Shown here piece after piece: positions 40,593-51,551 of a DNA stretch of 64,000 bases (within the stretch, counting starts at the first letter, position 1; each line of letters opens with the position of its first letter). Below the pieces are notes generated by a model, which did not search any database, was not told the origin of the DNA, and saw only the letters and a program-made list of their open reading frames with translations. This stretch comes from an uncultured delta proteobacterium (GTDB lineage: Bacteria; Desulfobacterota; Binatia; UBA9968), in contig CAVWLW010000051.1 of assembly GCA_963755715.1 (NCBI GenBank), forward strand, positions 1 to 64,000, read 5' to 3'. Both the position numbers and the translations under genes were made by a program.

Positions 40593-40916
40593 ATGGGAGT
40601 CAGTTATATTCCGGTTGCCCGCGCCGGTGAATTAACTCCCGGCGGCATGAAGGAAGTCGACCTCGGCGGACGCCAGGTGCTCTTGGCGTTCGTCGAGGGA
40701 AAATACTTTGCCTTTTCTAGACAATGCCCGCATGAAGAAGCTGATCTAAAAACCGCCGGCCAGCTTCTCGATGGCGGCAAGATTCGCTGCAACAATCATA
40801 GTTATTGTTACGATCTCAGTTCCGGCGAGTGCACGCTGCCCAAAGGCGCGGCGCCGCTGACGGTTTTGCCCGCTGAAGAACGAGGCGAAGAAATCTGTAT
40901 TCGCCTCGAATGGTAA
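40593..40916 (+). CDS. Rieske [2Fe-2S] ferredoxin
   Basis: CPH...CNNH. Confidence 0.85.
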   Translation: MGVSYIPVARAGELTPGGMKEVDLGGRQVLLAFVEGKYFAFSRQCPHEEADLKTAGQLLDGGKIRCNNHSYCYDLSSGECTLPKGAAPLTVLPAEERGEEICIRLEW

Positions 40917-41073
40917 CACCCCCGATTTTCTCCCGTGCGCCGCCGGTCGTTGTAACCGGGTCCACGTACGCGCTCGATGAGTGATTCCTTCCCGACTCTA
41001 GCCAATCCGCGCAAGAAAGGGTAAATTTCCAACGAGTTTCTTTTGAAACGAGCAAGCTCGCCCGATTTACAAC

Positions 41074-41998
41074 ATGCACAAACAAAGATTAAAATTTCCC
41101 GATGGTGCGACGCCCGGCCGCGCCGTGCGGTCGTTAGTGGCCTTTGTGCTCGTGCTCGCATCACTCGTCGTTGGCCGGAGCGCGGAGGGTCAAGACAAGA
41201 GTCTCTTGTGGAAAATCAGCGATGATAAAAACAGCGTCTTTCTCTTGGGCTCGATTCATTATTTACGCAAAAAGAATTATCCTCTGAATCAGGCCATCCT
41301 GGATGCGTTCGACGGCAGTAAAACCCTCGTATTGGAAATCGACCTCAACAGCACGGCCGCCGAAGCAGCCCAGCGCTTAACTCTGGAAAAGGCGGTTTAT
41401 CGGGACGGCACAACTTTGGCGCAGAATGTCGCGCCAGAGACCTATCAACTGGCCGCGCAACGCGCCAAGGAGCTCGGCGTCGACATGCGCATCATGAACC
41501 CGATGAAGCCGTGGTTTGTGGCGCTGACACTGGTGGCGATCAAGCTGCAGTCACTGGGATTGGACGCCAACTCGGGCGTCGATCGCTATCTCGCGCAGCG
41601 CGCAAAAAACAACGGCAAAGCGACCCGTGGACTGGAGACGCTCGAATTCCAAATTGGGTCTATTGGACCAATTGCCGAAAACCGACCAAGAACAGATGCT
41701 GCGCGAAACCGTGCGTGAACTGGATCTGCTGGATAAGAATATCGATGAAATCGTGCAGTCCTGGGCGAAAGGGGACGTCGACCTGTTGGCCAGGCTCTTA
41801 CTGGCAGGCATGAAAGAGTATCCGGAAGTTTATCAAAGGATTGTCGTCGAGCGGAATCGCCGCTGGCTGCCGGAGATTGAAAAATTGATTCATGACGGAA
41901 GCGGCGCGATGCTCGTGGTGGGAGCGGCGCATCTGGTGGGACAGGACGGCGTGATTGAGATGTTGAAAGCGAAGGGTTATCGCGTGGAGCAAAAGTGA
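41074..41998 (+). CDS. TraB/GumN (Tiki) family protein; +1 frameshift at ~41657
   Basis: LLWKI, LLGSIH, GVD, GLET..Q, RNRRW, VVGAAHLVG. Confidence 0.85.
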
Positions 41999-42606
41999 TG
42001 GCGGAGAATAAAAACCATGCCAAGGTTGTGCGCGTCGCCGATTGGATGACTGAAGAAGTCCTCGCGGTCGAGACTTTCGACAGCATCGCGATCGCCCGGC
42101 AGCTCATGGCAAAACATCGCGTGAATCAGCTACCGGTGCTCGACAACAATCACCTGGTCGGGATCGTCACCGACCGCGACATCCGCGACGCCTATCCGAC
42201 GAGCATGATGATCAACCGAGGCGAGGAAATCGATCGGTTTGCCGCCAAGGTGACCGTCGAAGAGGTGATGACGCATGATATCTTCATCGTGCGCCCGGAA
42301 ACTCCGCTGGCGACGGCGGTCGGTTTGCTGCGCCGCCATCGAATCGGCTCTTTGCCGGTGGTGCAGAACAAAAACCTGGTGGGTATCATTACGCGCAGTG
42401 ATATTCTCGATTTTGTCCTGAGCGATGGCGCGAAACGTGCGCGCAAAGGTGGAAAGAAGGGTTCCCGCGGGCGCGCACCGAAGAAAGGTCGGCGGCGGCG
42501 CCAAAGCGCCAAAAGGAAACACTTAGCAAGGAAGCGTCATGCCATCTTTCGACATCGTCAACCGGGTCGATCTCCAAGAAGTCGACAACGCGGTCAACAT
42601 CACTAA
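41998..42606 (+). CDS. CBS-pair protein with basic tail (true stop may lie earlier)
   Basis: LPV...VGIVTDRD and LPVV...VGIITRSD; the 3' end overlaps yajQ by 68 nt. Confidence 0.8.
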   Translation: MAENKNHAKVVRVADWMTEEVLAVETFDSIAIARQLMAKHRVNQLPVLDNNHLVGIVTDRDIRDAYPTSMMINRGEEIDRFAAKVTVEEVMTHDIFIVRPETPLATAVGLLRRHRIGSLPVVQNKNLVGIITRSDILDFVLSDGAKRARKGGKKGSRGRAPKKGRRRRQSAKRKHLARKRHAIFRHRQPGRSPRSRQRGQHH

Positions 42607-43030
42607 AAAAGCGATCCTATCGCGTTACGACTTTCGCAATTCCAAGACCGAAATTACGATCGATAAGAAGGAGAAAAAAATTCGCGTGACGACGGAAGAC
42701 GACATGAAGCTACGCGCCGTGCAGGACACGCTGATTGAAAACCTGGTCAAACGGAAGGTGGACCGCAAGTGCCTGGACGTGAAACCGAGCGAGGCCGCAG
42801 CGCACGGTATGATTCAGCGCGACATCGCGATCAAAGAAGGCGTCGACTCGGATACCGCCCGCAACATCGTGAAGCTGATCAAAGACAAAAAGCTTAAGGT
42901 CCAGGCGGCGATCCAAGAAAGCCAGGTGCGCGTCACCGGCAAGAAGATCGACGATTTACAGGACGTCATTCAATTGCTGCGCGCCAGCCAGATAGCCATT
43001 CCGTTGCAGTTCATCAACATGCAGCGTTGA
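42539..43030 (+). CDS. yajQ: YajQ family nucleotide/c-di-GMP-binding protein
   Basis: MPSFDIV, RYDF, RVTGKKIDDLQ. Confidence 0.95.
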   Translation: MPSFDIVNRVDLQEVDNAVNITKKAILSRYDFRNSKTEITIDKKEKKIRVTTEDDMKLRAVQDTLIENLVKRKVDRKCLDVKPSEAAAHGMIQRDIAIKEGVDSDTARNIVKLIKDKKLKVQAAIQESQVRVTGKKIDDLQDVIQLLRASQIAIPLQFINMQR

Positions 43031-43063
43031 TGCTTGGAATAGTTAACGATGGAGGGACGAGTC

Positions 43064-43459
43064 ATGGAAAAGATCAAAAAGTCCGATGAGGAATGGAAAA
43101 AGGAACTCACCGACGAACAATTTCAAGTTTGCCGTCAGAAGGGCACCGAACGCGCGTTTACCGGCAAATATTGGGATAACCACGAGAAGGGGATGTATCG
43201 CTGCGCTTGTTGCGGTAACGAGCTGTTTACCTCCGACACCAAATTCGATTCCGGCACCGGCTGGCCAAGCTTTTGGCAACCGGTAGCGCCAGAGAACGTC
43301 GAGACCGAAGAGGACAACAGTTTCTTGATGCGGCGCACCGAAGCGATGTGCAGTAAGTGCGGTGCCCATCTCGGCCACGTGTTCGACGACGGCCCGAAGC
43401 CGACCAATCTGCGTTACTGTATCAACTCCGCATCGCTGAAATTTGACAAAGCGAAATAA
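43064..43459 (+). CDS. msrB: Methionine-R-sulfoxide reductase
   Basis: [30 protein letters not shown]. Confidence 0.97.
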   Translation: MEKIKKSDEEWKKELTDEQFQVCRQKGTERAFTGKYWDNHEKGMYRCACCGNELFTSDTKFDSGTGWPSFWQPVAPENVETEEDNSFLMRRTEAMCSKCGAHLGHVFDDGPKPTNLRYCINSASLKFDKAK

Positions 43460-43473
43460 ACCTAGAAGTAAAA

Positions 43474-43546
43474 GTTCAAAACGTTCAGGTCGTTTAATCA
43501 GTTCAAGCCGGTCAGATGAATATTTAAACGGCTGAACGTTTTGAAC
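43474..43546. repeat. 15-bp perfect inverted repeat of GTTCAA-type units
   Basis: GTTCAAAACGTTCAG (43474-43488) and CTGAACGTTTTGAAC (43532-43546). Confidence 0.8.
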
Positions 43547-43585
43547 GGCTTTAACTATTTGAAATTGAACCCGCAGCAGGAAAAA

Positions 43586-44530
43586 ATGGAATACACAACT
43601 CTGGGACGAACCGGATTGAAAGTGAGCGTGGCCGGGCTTGGCTGCGGCGGGCCGAGCCGGCTCGGGATGCGCAATGATCCGCAGACCGCGAGTAACGCCA
43701 TTGCTCTAGTCAAGCTGGCGATGGATCTTGGCGTCAACTTCATCGACACGGCGCAAACCTACGGCACCGAGCCGATCGTCGGCAGGGCCATTGCCGGTGT
43801 GCCGCGCGATCGCTTGGTGATTTCCACTAAGAAAACCCTGCCGGCGGAAGATCATCCAGATCCCGAAGCGGAAGTGGTCAAGGGACTTGAGCAGAGCCTG
43901 AAATTGATCGGCACCGATTATATCGACATTTATCATCTGCACGGCGTTGAGCCGAAAGATTATGGATTTGCGAAAAACCGGCTGATGCCTGTGATGCGGC
44001 GCTTGAAGGAACAAGGCAAGATTCGCTTTATCGGCGTTACCGAAGGATTCGTTCCCGACCCGTCGCATACCATGCTGCAGGAAAGTCTCAAGGAAAATCT
44101 TTGGGACGTGGTGATGGTCGGGTTCAGTTTGCTCAATCCATCGGCGCGCAAAACGTTATGGCCGCTGACGAAACAATACGGCGTCGGCGTGCTCGACATG
44201 TTCGCGGTGCGGCGCGCCTTGAGCCAGCCTGAGCGTTTAAAGGAAGTGTGCGCCGAATTGGTGCGCAACGGCGCGATTGCCGGCGCGGTGATGAACGAAA
44301 CCGATCCACTGGGATTTTTGCTCACCGAAACCGACGCGTCGTCGTTGCCGGAGGCGGCCTATCGATTTTGCCGGCACGAGCAGGGCGTCGACGTGGTCCT
44401 CACTGGAACAGGAAATGCCGAGCATCTGAAAGAAAACCTCAGCGCCATTTTGAAACCAGCGCTGCCGAAAGCCGCTTTGGAAAAGCTCGAGAAGCTGTTT
44501 GGCGGTTTGGATTATCTAACCGGGAATTAG
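43586..44530 (+). CDS. Aldo/keto reductase
   Basis: LGRTGLKVS, DTAQTYG, DYIDIYHLH. Confidence 0.9.
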   Translation: MEYTTLGRTGLKVSVAGLGCGGPSRLGMRNDPQTASNAIALVKLAMDLGVNFIDTAQTYGTEPIVGRAIAGVPRDRLVISTKKTLPAEDHPDPEAEVVKGLEQSLKLIGTDYIDIYHLHGVEPKDYGFAKNRLMPVMRRLKEQGKIRFIGVTEGFVPDPSHTMLQESLKENLWDVVMVGFSLLNPSARKTLWPLTKQYGVGVLDMFAVRRALSQPERLKEVCAELVRNGAIAGAVMNETDPLGFLLTETDASSLPEAAYRFCRHEQGVDVVLTGTGNAEHLKENLSAILKPALPKAALEKLEKLFGGLDYLTGN

Positions 44531-44556
44531 TGTTGTCTCCAAAGGTCAAAGGCTTG

Positions 44557-45667
44557 TCAGGCGCTTTGAAACAATTTCGAATATTGTTCCCAGGAAGCGG
44601 GAGCGATGCGGGCGGTTTGGAGATTTTCATTTACGTGCGCGACTTGCTTCATGCCGACCAACGCCGTGGCCACGCCCGGTGTCGAGCGGACAAACTGGAG
44701 CGCACGCTGTCCGTCCGTCTGCAAGCCAGCGAAAGTATCGTGAATCAACTCCGGCAGGTTGCGGGTCAATTGTCCTTGCAGCACCGAAGCGCTGCATATG
44801 ACGGCGACGTCCAGCGCCTGAGCCGCTTCGAGCAGAGTCATGGCTTTTTCGCCGACTGGTTGATTGGCGCTCGAAAGGGCCTCGCTCATGCCGAGATTGA
44901 GCGGCAACTGAATTACTTTGAAATGATGATTTTTGCCGCCGGCTTTTTCCGCCAAGCCGACGACTTGCGCCAGCGCGAGGTAGTCCTTGGCCTCGGCCGG
45001 GTTGCGATAGGCGTTCCACGTGGCCGTTCCGTACATGCGGATCTTGCCGGCGGCGACCATTTGCTCCAAGGCTTCAAATGCTTTCACTAACCGCTCGTCG
45101 AACTCTTCGCGGGTGATTTTTCCCAACTGACTTTCGGGGTTGTGCACGTAATAGATATCGACGCATTCGAGGTCGAGATTGCGCAGGCTGCAATCCAGTT
45201 GATTCAATAAATAGCGCGGTGTCATGCAGTGGTAACCGCCGACGATTTCCGGCGCGGCGGCTACGCCCGGCGTCGATAAAAGTCTTGGTAAAATAGCTGC
45301 GTGGATCGCTCGGCGGCGTGCCGTCAAACGGCAGAAAACCACCTTTGGTCGCGATGATCACTTCGTCGCGGCCATAGCCCTTGGCCGTGAGCTCCTTGAG
45401 TGCGGCGCCGATCGATCTTTCGCTTCTCTGACAGCGATAGTTGATCGCGCTGTCGATGACGTTGCAGCCCGATTCGACGGCGCGAACGATCGCTTCTCTG
45501 TATTGTTGGTCGGTGGCGTCGTCATGATTGCCGAGATAAGTGCCGATGCCGATCGACGACATCCACAAGCCTTGGACCTGGTGAAAATGTTCCGGCGGAA
45601 TCTCGCCGTCGAAGCGTTGCCGATAACGCTGCGTACCCGCCGCCGTCGCTGATCCTGGAAGTTTCAT
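44557..45667 (-). CDS. Aldo/keto reductase; +1 frameshift at ~45267
   Basis: SSIGIGTYLG, IDSAINYR, ATKGG, then DIYYVHNPE in the shifted frame. Confidence 0.85.
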
Positions 45668-46143
45668 CGCGGCTCCTTTCCTTTGCCACCGCCGCTGAAA
45701 AGCAGGCCATCGAGGCCCAAAGTTCGGCCTGGGTTCGCCAATATAAAAATCACCATGGCGACAATAAATGTTTGTTGCTGGGCCAGGGCGGCGCCGCCTC
45801 GAGCCATGCCCGGGCCGAAAAAATAGTTGACCAGCATAAACAGGCCGATGATCGCGGCAAAACGGGTGCAGAAACCGAGTAACAAACACGCGCCGACGGC
45901 GATCTCGCCGATCATGACCAGATAGCCGAAGAGTTCGTGGTGCGGCACGACGTAATCGAGCAGGAACTTTTTATACCAAGAATAGAGGTCCAGATTGGCG
46001 AGATCACCGATTTGCCGGCCGATCCAGTCGCCTTTGGGAAAATCGCGCTGAAATTTTCGCACGCCTTGCTGGAGCATGTAGTAGCCCACATAGATCCGCA
46101 GCACGGCGATGTACCAGAGATAAGTGCGTTCCTTAAGATTCAT
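45664..46143 (-). CDS. DoxX/TQO small-subunit-like membrane protein
   Basis: LRIYVG, GEIAVG..LLLG..TR.AA, GLDG. Confidence 0.8.
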   Translation of the reverse strand: MNLKERTYLWYIAVLRIYVGYYMLQQGVRKFQRDFPKGDWIGRQIGDLANLDLYSWYKKFLLDYVVPHHELFGYLVMIGEIAVGACLLLGFCTRFAAIIGLFMLVNYFFGPGMARGGAALAQQQTFIVAMVIFILANPGRTLGLDGLLFSGGGKGKEPR

Positions 46144-46288
46144 CCGTTGTTTCCTAGCGGCGAGACGGATGTTTCGGCGCGTTCTGGCGCTCAGTCAGCG
46201 CCGCGCGAGCTTTATGCTCGTTGCAATCTGTCGGTCAAAAGTTGCGTGGCCAAAAGTCATGACGACTCAAAGGGACGAATACGTAAAG

Positions 46289-47056
46289 TTAGAAAGAGTC
46301 TTTCATTTTCCTAACGGCGGCAAAAACAGAAACCGGGTCGAGACGAGTTGTCGCATTCGCCGCCTTTACGTGGGCCTGAATTTCTTTGCTGTCCCAGCGC
46401 AGAAAGGGGTTGGTTTGTTTCTCCTCTTCGATCGTCGAAGGCACCGTGGAGGTGCCGCGCGTGCGTAAGCCTTGCACGCGCTCGAAGCGCGACACCAGTT
46501 TGGGATTTTTGGGCTCTACTGACATGGCAAAGCGCAGATTGCTCTCGGTGTATTCGTGACCGCAGTAAACTTTTGTATTATCGGGCAGCGTCATGAGCTT
46601 TTTGAGCGAGGACTGCATCTGCTCCGGCGTGCCTTCGAAAAGCCGGCCGCAGCCCGCCGTGAACAGCGTGTCGCCGCAAAACAGATTGTTCTCGAAAAGA
46701 TAGGCGACATGGCCGGTGGTGTGACCGGGAATGAAGAGAACGGCACCCTTTAACTCGCCAATCTGGATCTCATCTCCCTCGTCGACGCCACGGCTCAATC
46801 CGTGAATCCTGCCACTGTCACTCTTGTGACCGTAAACCTCGGCTTGGTGTTTAGCTAAAATTCCCTCGTTTCCGCCGGTGTGATCGCGGTGGTGATGGGT
46901 GTTGAGAATCGCTTGGAGCGGAACCTGCTCCTGGTCGATCCGGGCGAGCACCGGATCAGCCTCAGAAGGATCGATGATCGCGGCATTCTTGGTTTTGTCG
47001 CAAACGATGAGATAGCCGTAATTGTCACGCAGCAGCGGAATTTGAACAATCTTCAT
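46289..47056 (-). CDS. gloB: Hydroxyacylglutathione hydrolase (glyoxalase II)
   Basis: DNYGY, THHHRDHTGG, GDTLF..GCGR, CGHEYT, TNPFLR. Confidence 0.95.
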   Translation of the reverse strand: MKIVQIPLLRDNYGYLIVCDKTKNAAIIDPSEADPVLARIDQEQVPLQAILNTHHHRDHTGGNEGILAKHQAEVYGHKSDSGRIHGLSRGVDEGDEIQIGELKGAVLFIPGHTTGHVAYLFENNLFCGDTLFTAGCGRLFEGTPEQMQSSLKKLMTLPDNTKVYCGHEYTESNLRFAMSVEPKNPKLVSRFERVQGLRTRGTSTVPSTIEEEKQTNPFLRWDSKEIQAHVKAANATTRLDPVSVFAAVRKMKDSF

Positions 47057-47185
47057 ATTTGGTAAATTGAGCGGATGAGAGTTAGGTTACTGTTGGATAG
47101 TAGTCCCAAGCAGGAAAATTTTCAAATCGTCAGGTGATGATTCTCTCTTGACCCCCGGCGCCGGACGTTCTTATAGTGGGCTATC

Positions 47186-48372
47186 ATGATTCGAGCTGGA
47201 GTCGGGCAGTCGCAGAAACAGCTGACCGGACAGGCCGTCGAAGAAGCCGCATGCCAGGCGATGGCGCGAGCGGGGATCTCGCGGGCGGATTTGGCGCTGA
47301 TTTTTTTTACCGCCGAGCACGCGGCGCAAGCGCGCCCGAGCTTGTATCGGCGCTCGCTCGCTCGGTCGGCACAGACTGTGTTTTCGGTTCGAGCGGCGCC
47401 GGCATCGTGACCGACGAAGGCGAGATCGAGGGCAGCAGTGGCGTGGCCGTGCTCGTCATCGCTTCCGACGAAATAATCGGCCGGCCGTTCATTTTCGAAC
47501 CGCTAAAAGGCAACGAAGCCAATCTGGGCGCGACTTTCGGCGAATTCCTCGCCAAGGCCGATGATAAAAATTCGCTGATGATCTTGCTGCCTGATTCCTA
47601 CAACGGCAATCCGCAACCGCTGCTCGCCAGCATGGCAAGCAAAGCGGGCTTTCACCCCGCGATTGGCGCTGGCTCAACGGAAAACGGCGCGGCAGGCGCG
47701 ACCTATCAGCTCTGTGGCGATAAGCTCGCGAGCAACTCCATCGCCGGCGCCTATCTCTCCGGCGATTTCCGGGTACACATCGATATTACCCAAGGATGCC
47801 AGCCGATCGCCGAGCCGATGGTGATCACCAAGGCCGAGGGTAATTTAATTTATGAGATTGACGGCCGACCAGCGCTGGAGGCTTTTGCGCGTGTTCTAAA
47901 AGGGCCGCTCGCCGAAGATATCCGGCGCGCGCTGATGGTGCTGTTTGTCGGAGTTCCCGCAGACCGGCGCGAGAACAGCGTGGCGCCGGGAAAATATCTC
48001 GTGCGCAATATTATCGGTCTTGATCCGGACAAAGGAATTCTCGGCGTGGCCGAAGAAGTCAGCGCCGGCGAGGCGATGATCTTCACGATGCGCGACGGCC
48101 AGCGTGCGCGCGAAGACTTGGGCCAAATGCTCCAGAGGCAAGTGCAAGCGCTCGGCGGGAAAAAGCCTGCGTTCGGACTATATTTCAATTGCTGCGCGCG
48201 CGGCCATTCGCTCTACGGCATCCCCGGCATCGACTCGGCTTATATTCGCCAGGCGCTCGGCGACGTGCCGTTGATCGGCATGTTCGGCGGCTATGAGCTC
48301 GCGCCGCTCGGACGCGCCAATCATCTATTTGCCTATACGGGAGTGTTGGCGTTGATTACGGAATCAGATTGA
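47186..48372 (+). CDS. FIST-domain sensory protein; frameshift at ~47330
   Basis: MIRAGVGQS, TQGCQPI, VRNIIG, YFNCCARG, GMFGGYEL. Confidence 0.85.
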
Positions 48373-48448
48373 CAGACGAAGGGTTCGGGGAGTGACGGGA
48401 CATAACGGTTTTCTACAACACTGCAATGACTTCCAATGAGCTTTGGGG

Positions 48449-50272
48449 TCATCGCCCGATACGCTTGCGCTTATTATTCAGATAGTCGACGACGATGTAA
48501 TTGCCCATCTGATCCGGCGTGGTGTAGAAGACGCGGCCGGTGTTCAGCCGCGATAGCTGATCGATAAATCCCTGCCGGTAAAAATCCGCGCCGAGCATGA
48601 ATGTATTGATCTTGATGCCGCTCTGCGTGCAGCGCTTCACTTCTTTCAGCGTTTCGTGAACGATGCGGCTGTGCAGCAGCGCCGAGCCCCAGCCGCTGTG
48701 CAACCGACCGCCGCGATCAAGCGTCGCCGCCGTCGGCTCGCCGTCGGTGATGAGAATGATCTGGCGATTGGCGCTCCGATTGGAGCCCAGCAACTGGCGC
48801 GCATAGCGCAGCGCTTCTTTGATATCGGTGCCGTGCTCCATGAAGTAAGTCAGCGAAACGATCGACGGCAGATCCTCCGCCTGAATCCGCTTGGCGTTGG
48901 AACGAAACGCGACCAAGTGAAGCGTGTCCTGGGGATATTTGGTTTGGATCAGCCGATGCAGCGCCAAGGCGACTTTCTTGCCGGCGTGCAGGGCATCGTT
49001 CATGAGCATCGAATAGCTCACGTCGATCAGCAGCGCGGTTTCGCTGACGGTCGAGTACTCGACCCGATGCACGGAGAAATCTTCCGGCGCGAGCCGCAGC
49101 GGTTCGCCTTTTTTGCGTTTCTCCAGGGCGTTCAGCAGAGTCTCGCCGATATTGACGTTGAGTGGATCGCCATACTCGTATTGTTTGGTCTCCTCCATGC
49201 GGTCGCCATTGGAGCCGCGGCTCGATGTCGCGTGATTGCCCCAACGACCCTTGTTGAGCATTTGAAAAATTTCCCGCAGCGCCTTGTCGCCGATCTTTCT
49301 CATGCCTTTGGGTGTTAGACGAAGACCGTGATCGGTGCGGAGGATGTAACCTTCGTCTTCTAGCGTTTGCTCCACGCTTTTGAGGTATTTCAAGTGCTCG
49401 TAGGCTTCGTCGCCGAGGATCTCGCGCAATTCTTCGAGATTGAGCTCGGAAGGATCGCCCATGCCGCGCTGGCCCCAGCGCAGAAAGCGCTCGAGACCGC
49501 GTAGCTGGCTCAGGATCTGACCGGCTTCGCCCATGCCCATGCGCTGGGCGCCCTGAAAGCCAAACTGGTTCATCAACTGTTCCAGTTGCTGCATCTGATT
49601 CATCATGTCGCTCAGTTGCTGCAACTGTTCCTGGGTCATGGAGTCGAGATTTTCCAACATGCTCTCGAGATTATTGACCGCGTTGTCCATCATGCTCGGC
49701 AGATTTTTCAGAAAATTCTCGTCTTCCAAAAGCTTCTGCATGCGATCGAGCATGTCCATCAAAGACTGCGGATCCTGGCTGCTCATGTTCTGTTTGCCTT
49801 GCATGCCGCGCTCGGCAATCTGATTTTGCAGCCGGTTTCTCAGCTCTTGATAGCGCTGGTAGGCCTCCCGCATCTTCTCGTTGAGCTCGTCCATGCGATC
49901 GGCAAACTTGCCGGACATGCGCTCCATGAAGTTGCGCATTTGCTCGTGGTAGGCCTCGAGCTTTTCGGCGAGACCATTGAGTTTATCGCTCAGCGCTTTT
50001 TGTTCTTCGGGTGTGAGCTTAAAGGAATCGGGAGAATATTTATTGAGCAGTTCGCGCCGTTTTTCGTCCGCTTCGCGGAGAAAATCGCGCATGCCTTTGA
50101 CCGAGCGCTGGCCGTCTTCCGACGTAAAGCCGCGGCGCATCAGGTCGCGCAGCGCGCGCCGCACGCCTTCTTCTTCGAGCAGATGATCGGAAAGATGCTT
50201 GAGGAGATCGTCCGTCGTGGGGAAAAGAACTTCTTGCGTGCCGTCCCACTCGGTGTAACGATGAATTCTCAT
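48449..50272 (-). CDS. VWA-domain protein with Met/Gln-rich coiled coil
   Basis: RYTEWDGTQ N-terminus, LTPKG, DVSYSM MIDAS, ITDGEPTA. Confidence 0.88.
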   Translation of the reverse strand: MRIHRYTEWDGTQEVLFPTTDDLLKHLSDHLLEEEGVRRALRDLMRRGFTSEDGQRSVKGMRDFLREADEKRRELLNKYSPDSFKLTPEEQKALSDKLNGLAEKLEAYHEQMRNFMERMSGKFADRMDELNEKMREAYQRYQELRNRLQNQIAERGMQGKQNMSSQDPQSLMDMLDRMQKLLEDENFLKNLPSMMDNAVNNLESMLENLDSMTQEQLQQLSDMMNQMQQLEQLMNQFGFQGAQRMGMGEAGQILSQLRGLERFLRWGQRGMGDPSELNLEELREILGDEAYEHLKYLKSVEQTLEDEGYILRTDHGLRLTPKGMRKIGDKALREIFQMLNKGRWGNHATSSRGSNGDRMEETKQYEYGDPLNVNIGETLLNALEKRKKGEPLRLAPEDFSVHRVEYSTVSETALLIDVSYSMLMNDALHAGKKVALALHRLIQTKYPQDTLHLVAFRSNAKRIQAEDLPSIVSLTYFMEHGTDIKEALRYARQLLGSNRSANRQIILITDGEPTAATLDRGGRLHSGWGSALLHSRIVHETLKEVKRCTQSGIKINTFMLGADFYRQGFIDQLSRLNTGRVFYTTPDQMGNYIVVDYLNNKRKRIGR

Positions 50273-50423
50273 TTCGTTTTGACTATAGCGCAGTTTGGTG
50301 GCGTTTCAAACCCTAATTTCTGCTTCAAAGTCCAACTCTCAGTCGTGTTTTGCGCATCCGCGCACCCTTTGGAATTGACTCCGATTTCAGATAGTTAGTA
50401 AGGGATAGGCTGGGTGTTGAAAG

Positions 50424-51533
50424 ATGCATGCTTACGAAATCGTAATCGTCGGTGCGGGATTTGCCGGCGCCGCCACCGCGTATTATCTCACGCGGCGCGG
50501 TGTGCGCGATGTTCTGCTGATCGAGCAAGAAAGCATTCCCGGTTTCCACTCGTCCGGGCGCAACGCGGCGATGATGCGCCAATGCGTGCCGGATCCGGAT
50601 CTGGCAACGCTGACGCGCAACGGCGCAACGTTTTTGCGCCATCTGCCGGATGACTGGCCTGAACCGGTGCAGTTCAAGCAAAACGGCTCGCTGCTTTTGG
50701 GTAGCGGCGCCGGTTGGAGCAAGCTCAAACAAGATGCCGAAAGCGGCCGGCGGCTCGGCATCGACGTCGTATTGTGGACGCCGGATCAAGTGAAGCAACA
50801 CGTGCCGGTGTTGAAGCAGGCCGAGTTCGAAGGTGCAGTTTGGTGCGCTAGCGACGGCATCGTCGATATCCATGCGCTGCTTTCGGGGTATTTAAAGGCA
50901 GCAGTCAGCAAAGGGGCGAGCGTGCGCTACGACTGTCAGGTGCGCGCGGTTCGGCGGGGAAGTAATAACGAGTTTGAAATCGCCACTAACGGTGAATCGA
51001 TAAGGACGAAAACAATTGTCAATGCCAGCGGCGCCTGGGCGAACGTGATTGCGCGGATGGCGGGCGCGCGCGAGCTGCCGTTGCGACCTTGCCGGCGGCA
51101 TCTCTTTGTGTCGCCGCCGCTGGCTTGGGTCGATCCCAGCTGGCCTTTTGTTTGGGACGTCACTCACGACATCTATTTTCGTCCGGAGGGTGAGGGATTA
51201 CTTCTCTGTGCCTGTGATCAGACCGAGCTGGCGCCGGGCGATCCGCCGGTCGACGGAAGCGTTAAGGAATTGCTGGCAGAAAAAATCGAAAGATTTATGC
51301 CCGGCCTTGCCGCCGTCAGCATCAGCCGAGGCTGGGCGGGTTTTCGCACGTTGACTCCCGATGGGCGCTTTATCATCGGTTGGGACCCGGGGGTAAAGAA
51401 TTTCTTCTGGGCCGCCGGTCTCGGCGGGCATGGCATGACGACTAGCTCGGCGGTCGGTGAATTGGCTGCGGATCTTTTGATCGGCGGCTCGAGCAAAAAG
51501 TCAGAGCCTTTTTCACCAGCGAGATTTGCGTAG
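50424..51533 (+). CDS. FAD-dependent oxidoreductase (DAO/glycine oxidase family)
   Basis: IVGAGFAG, SSGRNA, NASGAWA, WAGFRT.TPD, GLGGHG. Confidence 0.9.
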   Translation: MHAYEIVIVGAGFAGAATAYYLTRRGVRDVLLIEQESIPGFHSSGRNAAMMRQCVPDPDLATLTRNGATFLRHLPDDWPEPVQFKQNGSLLLGSGAGWSKLKQDAESGRRLGIDVVLWTPDQVKQHVPVLKQAEFEGAVWCASDGIVDIHALLSGYLKAAVSKGASVRYDCQVRAVRRGSNNEFEIATNGESIRTKTIVNASGAWANVIARMAGARELPLRPCRRHLFVSPPLAWVDPSWPFVWDVTHDIYFRPEGEGLLLCACDQTELAPGDPPVDGSVKELLAEKIERFMPGLAAVSISRGWAGFRTLTPDGRFIIGWDPGVKNFFWAAGLGGHGMTTSSAVGELAADLLIGGSSKKSEPFSPARFA

Positions 51534-51551
51534 GAATGGAGTGACGGAGTA

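Noticed and set aside
41074-41998. Conjugation gene (TraB name)
   Set aside because: TraB/GumN is a Tiki-like metalloprotease family; no transfer genes are present.
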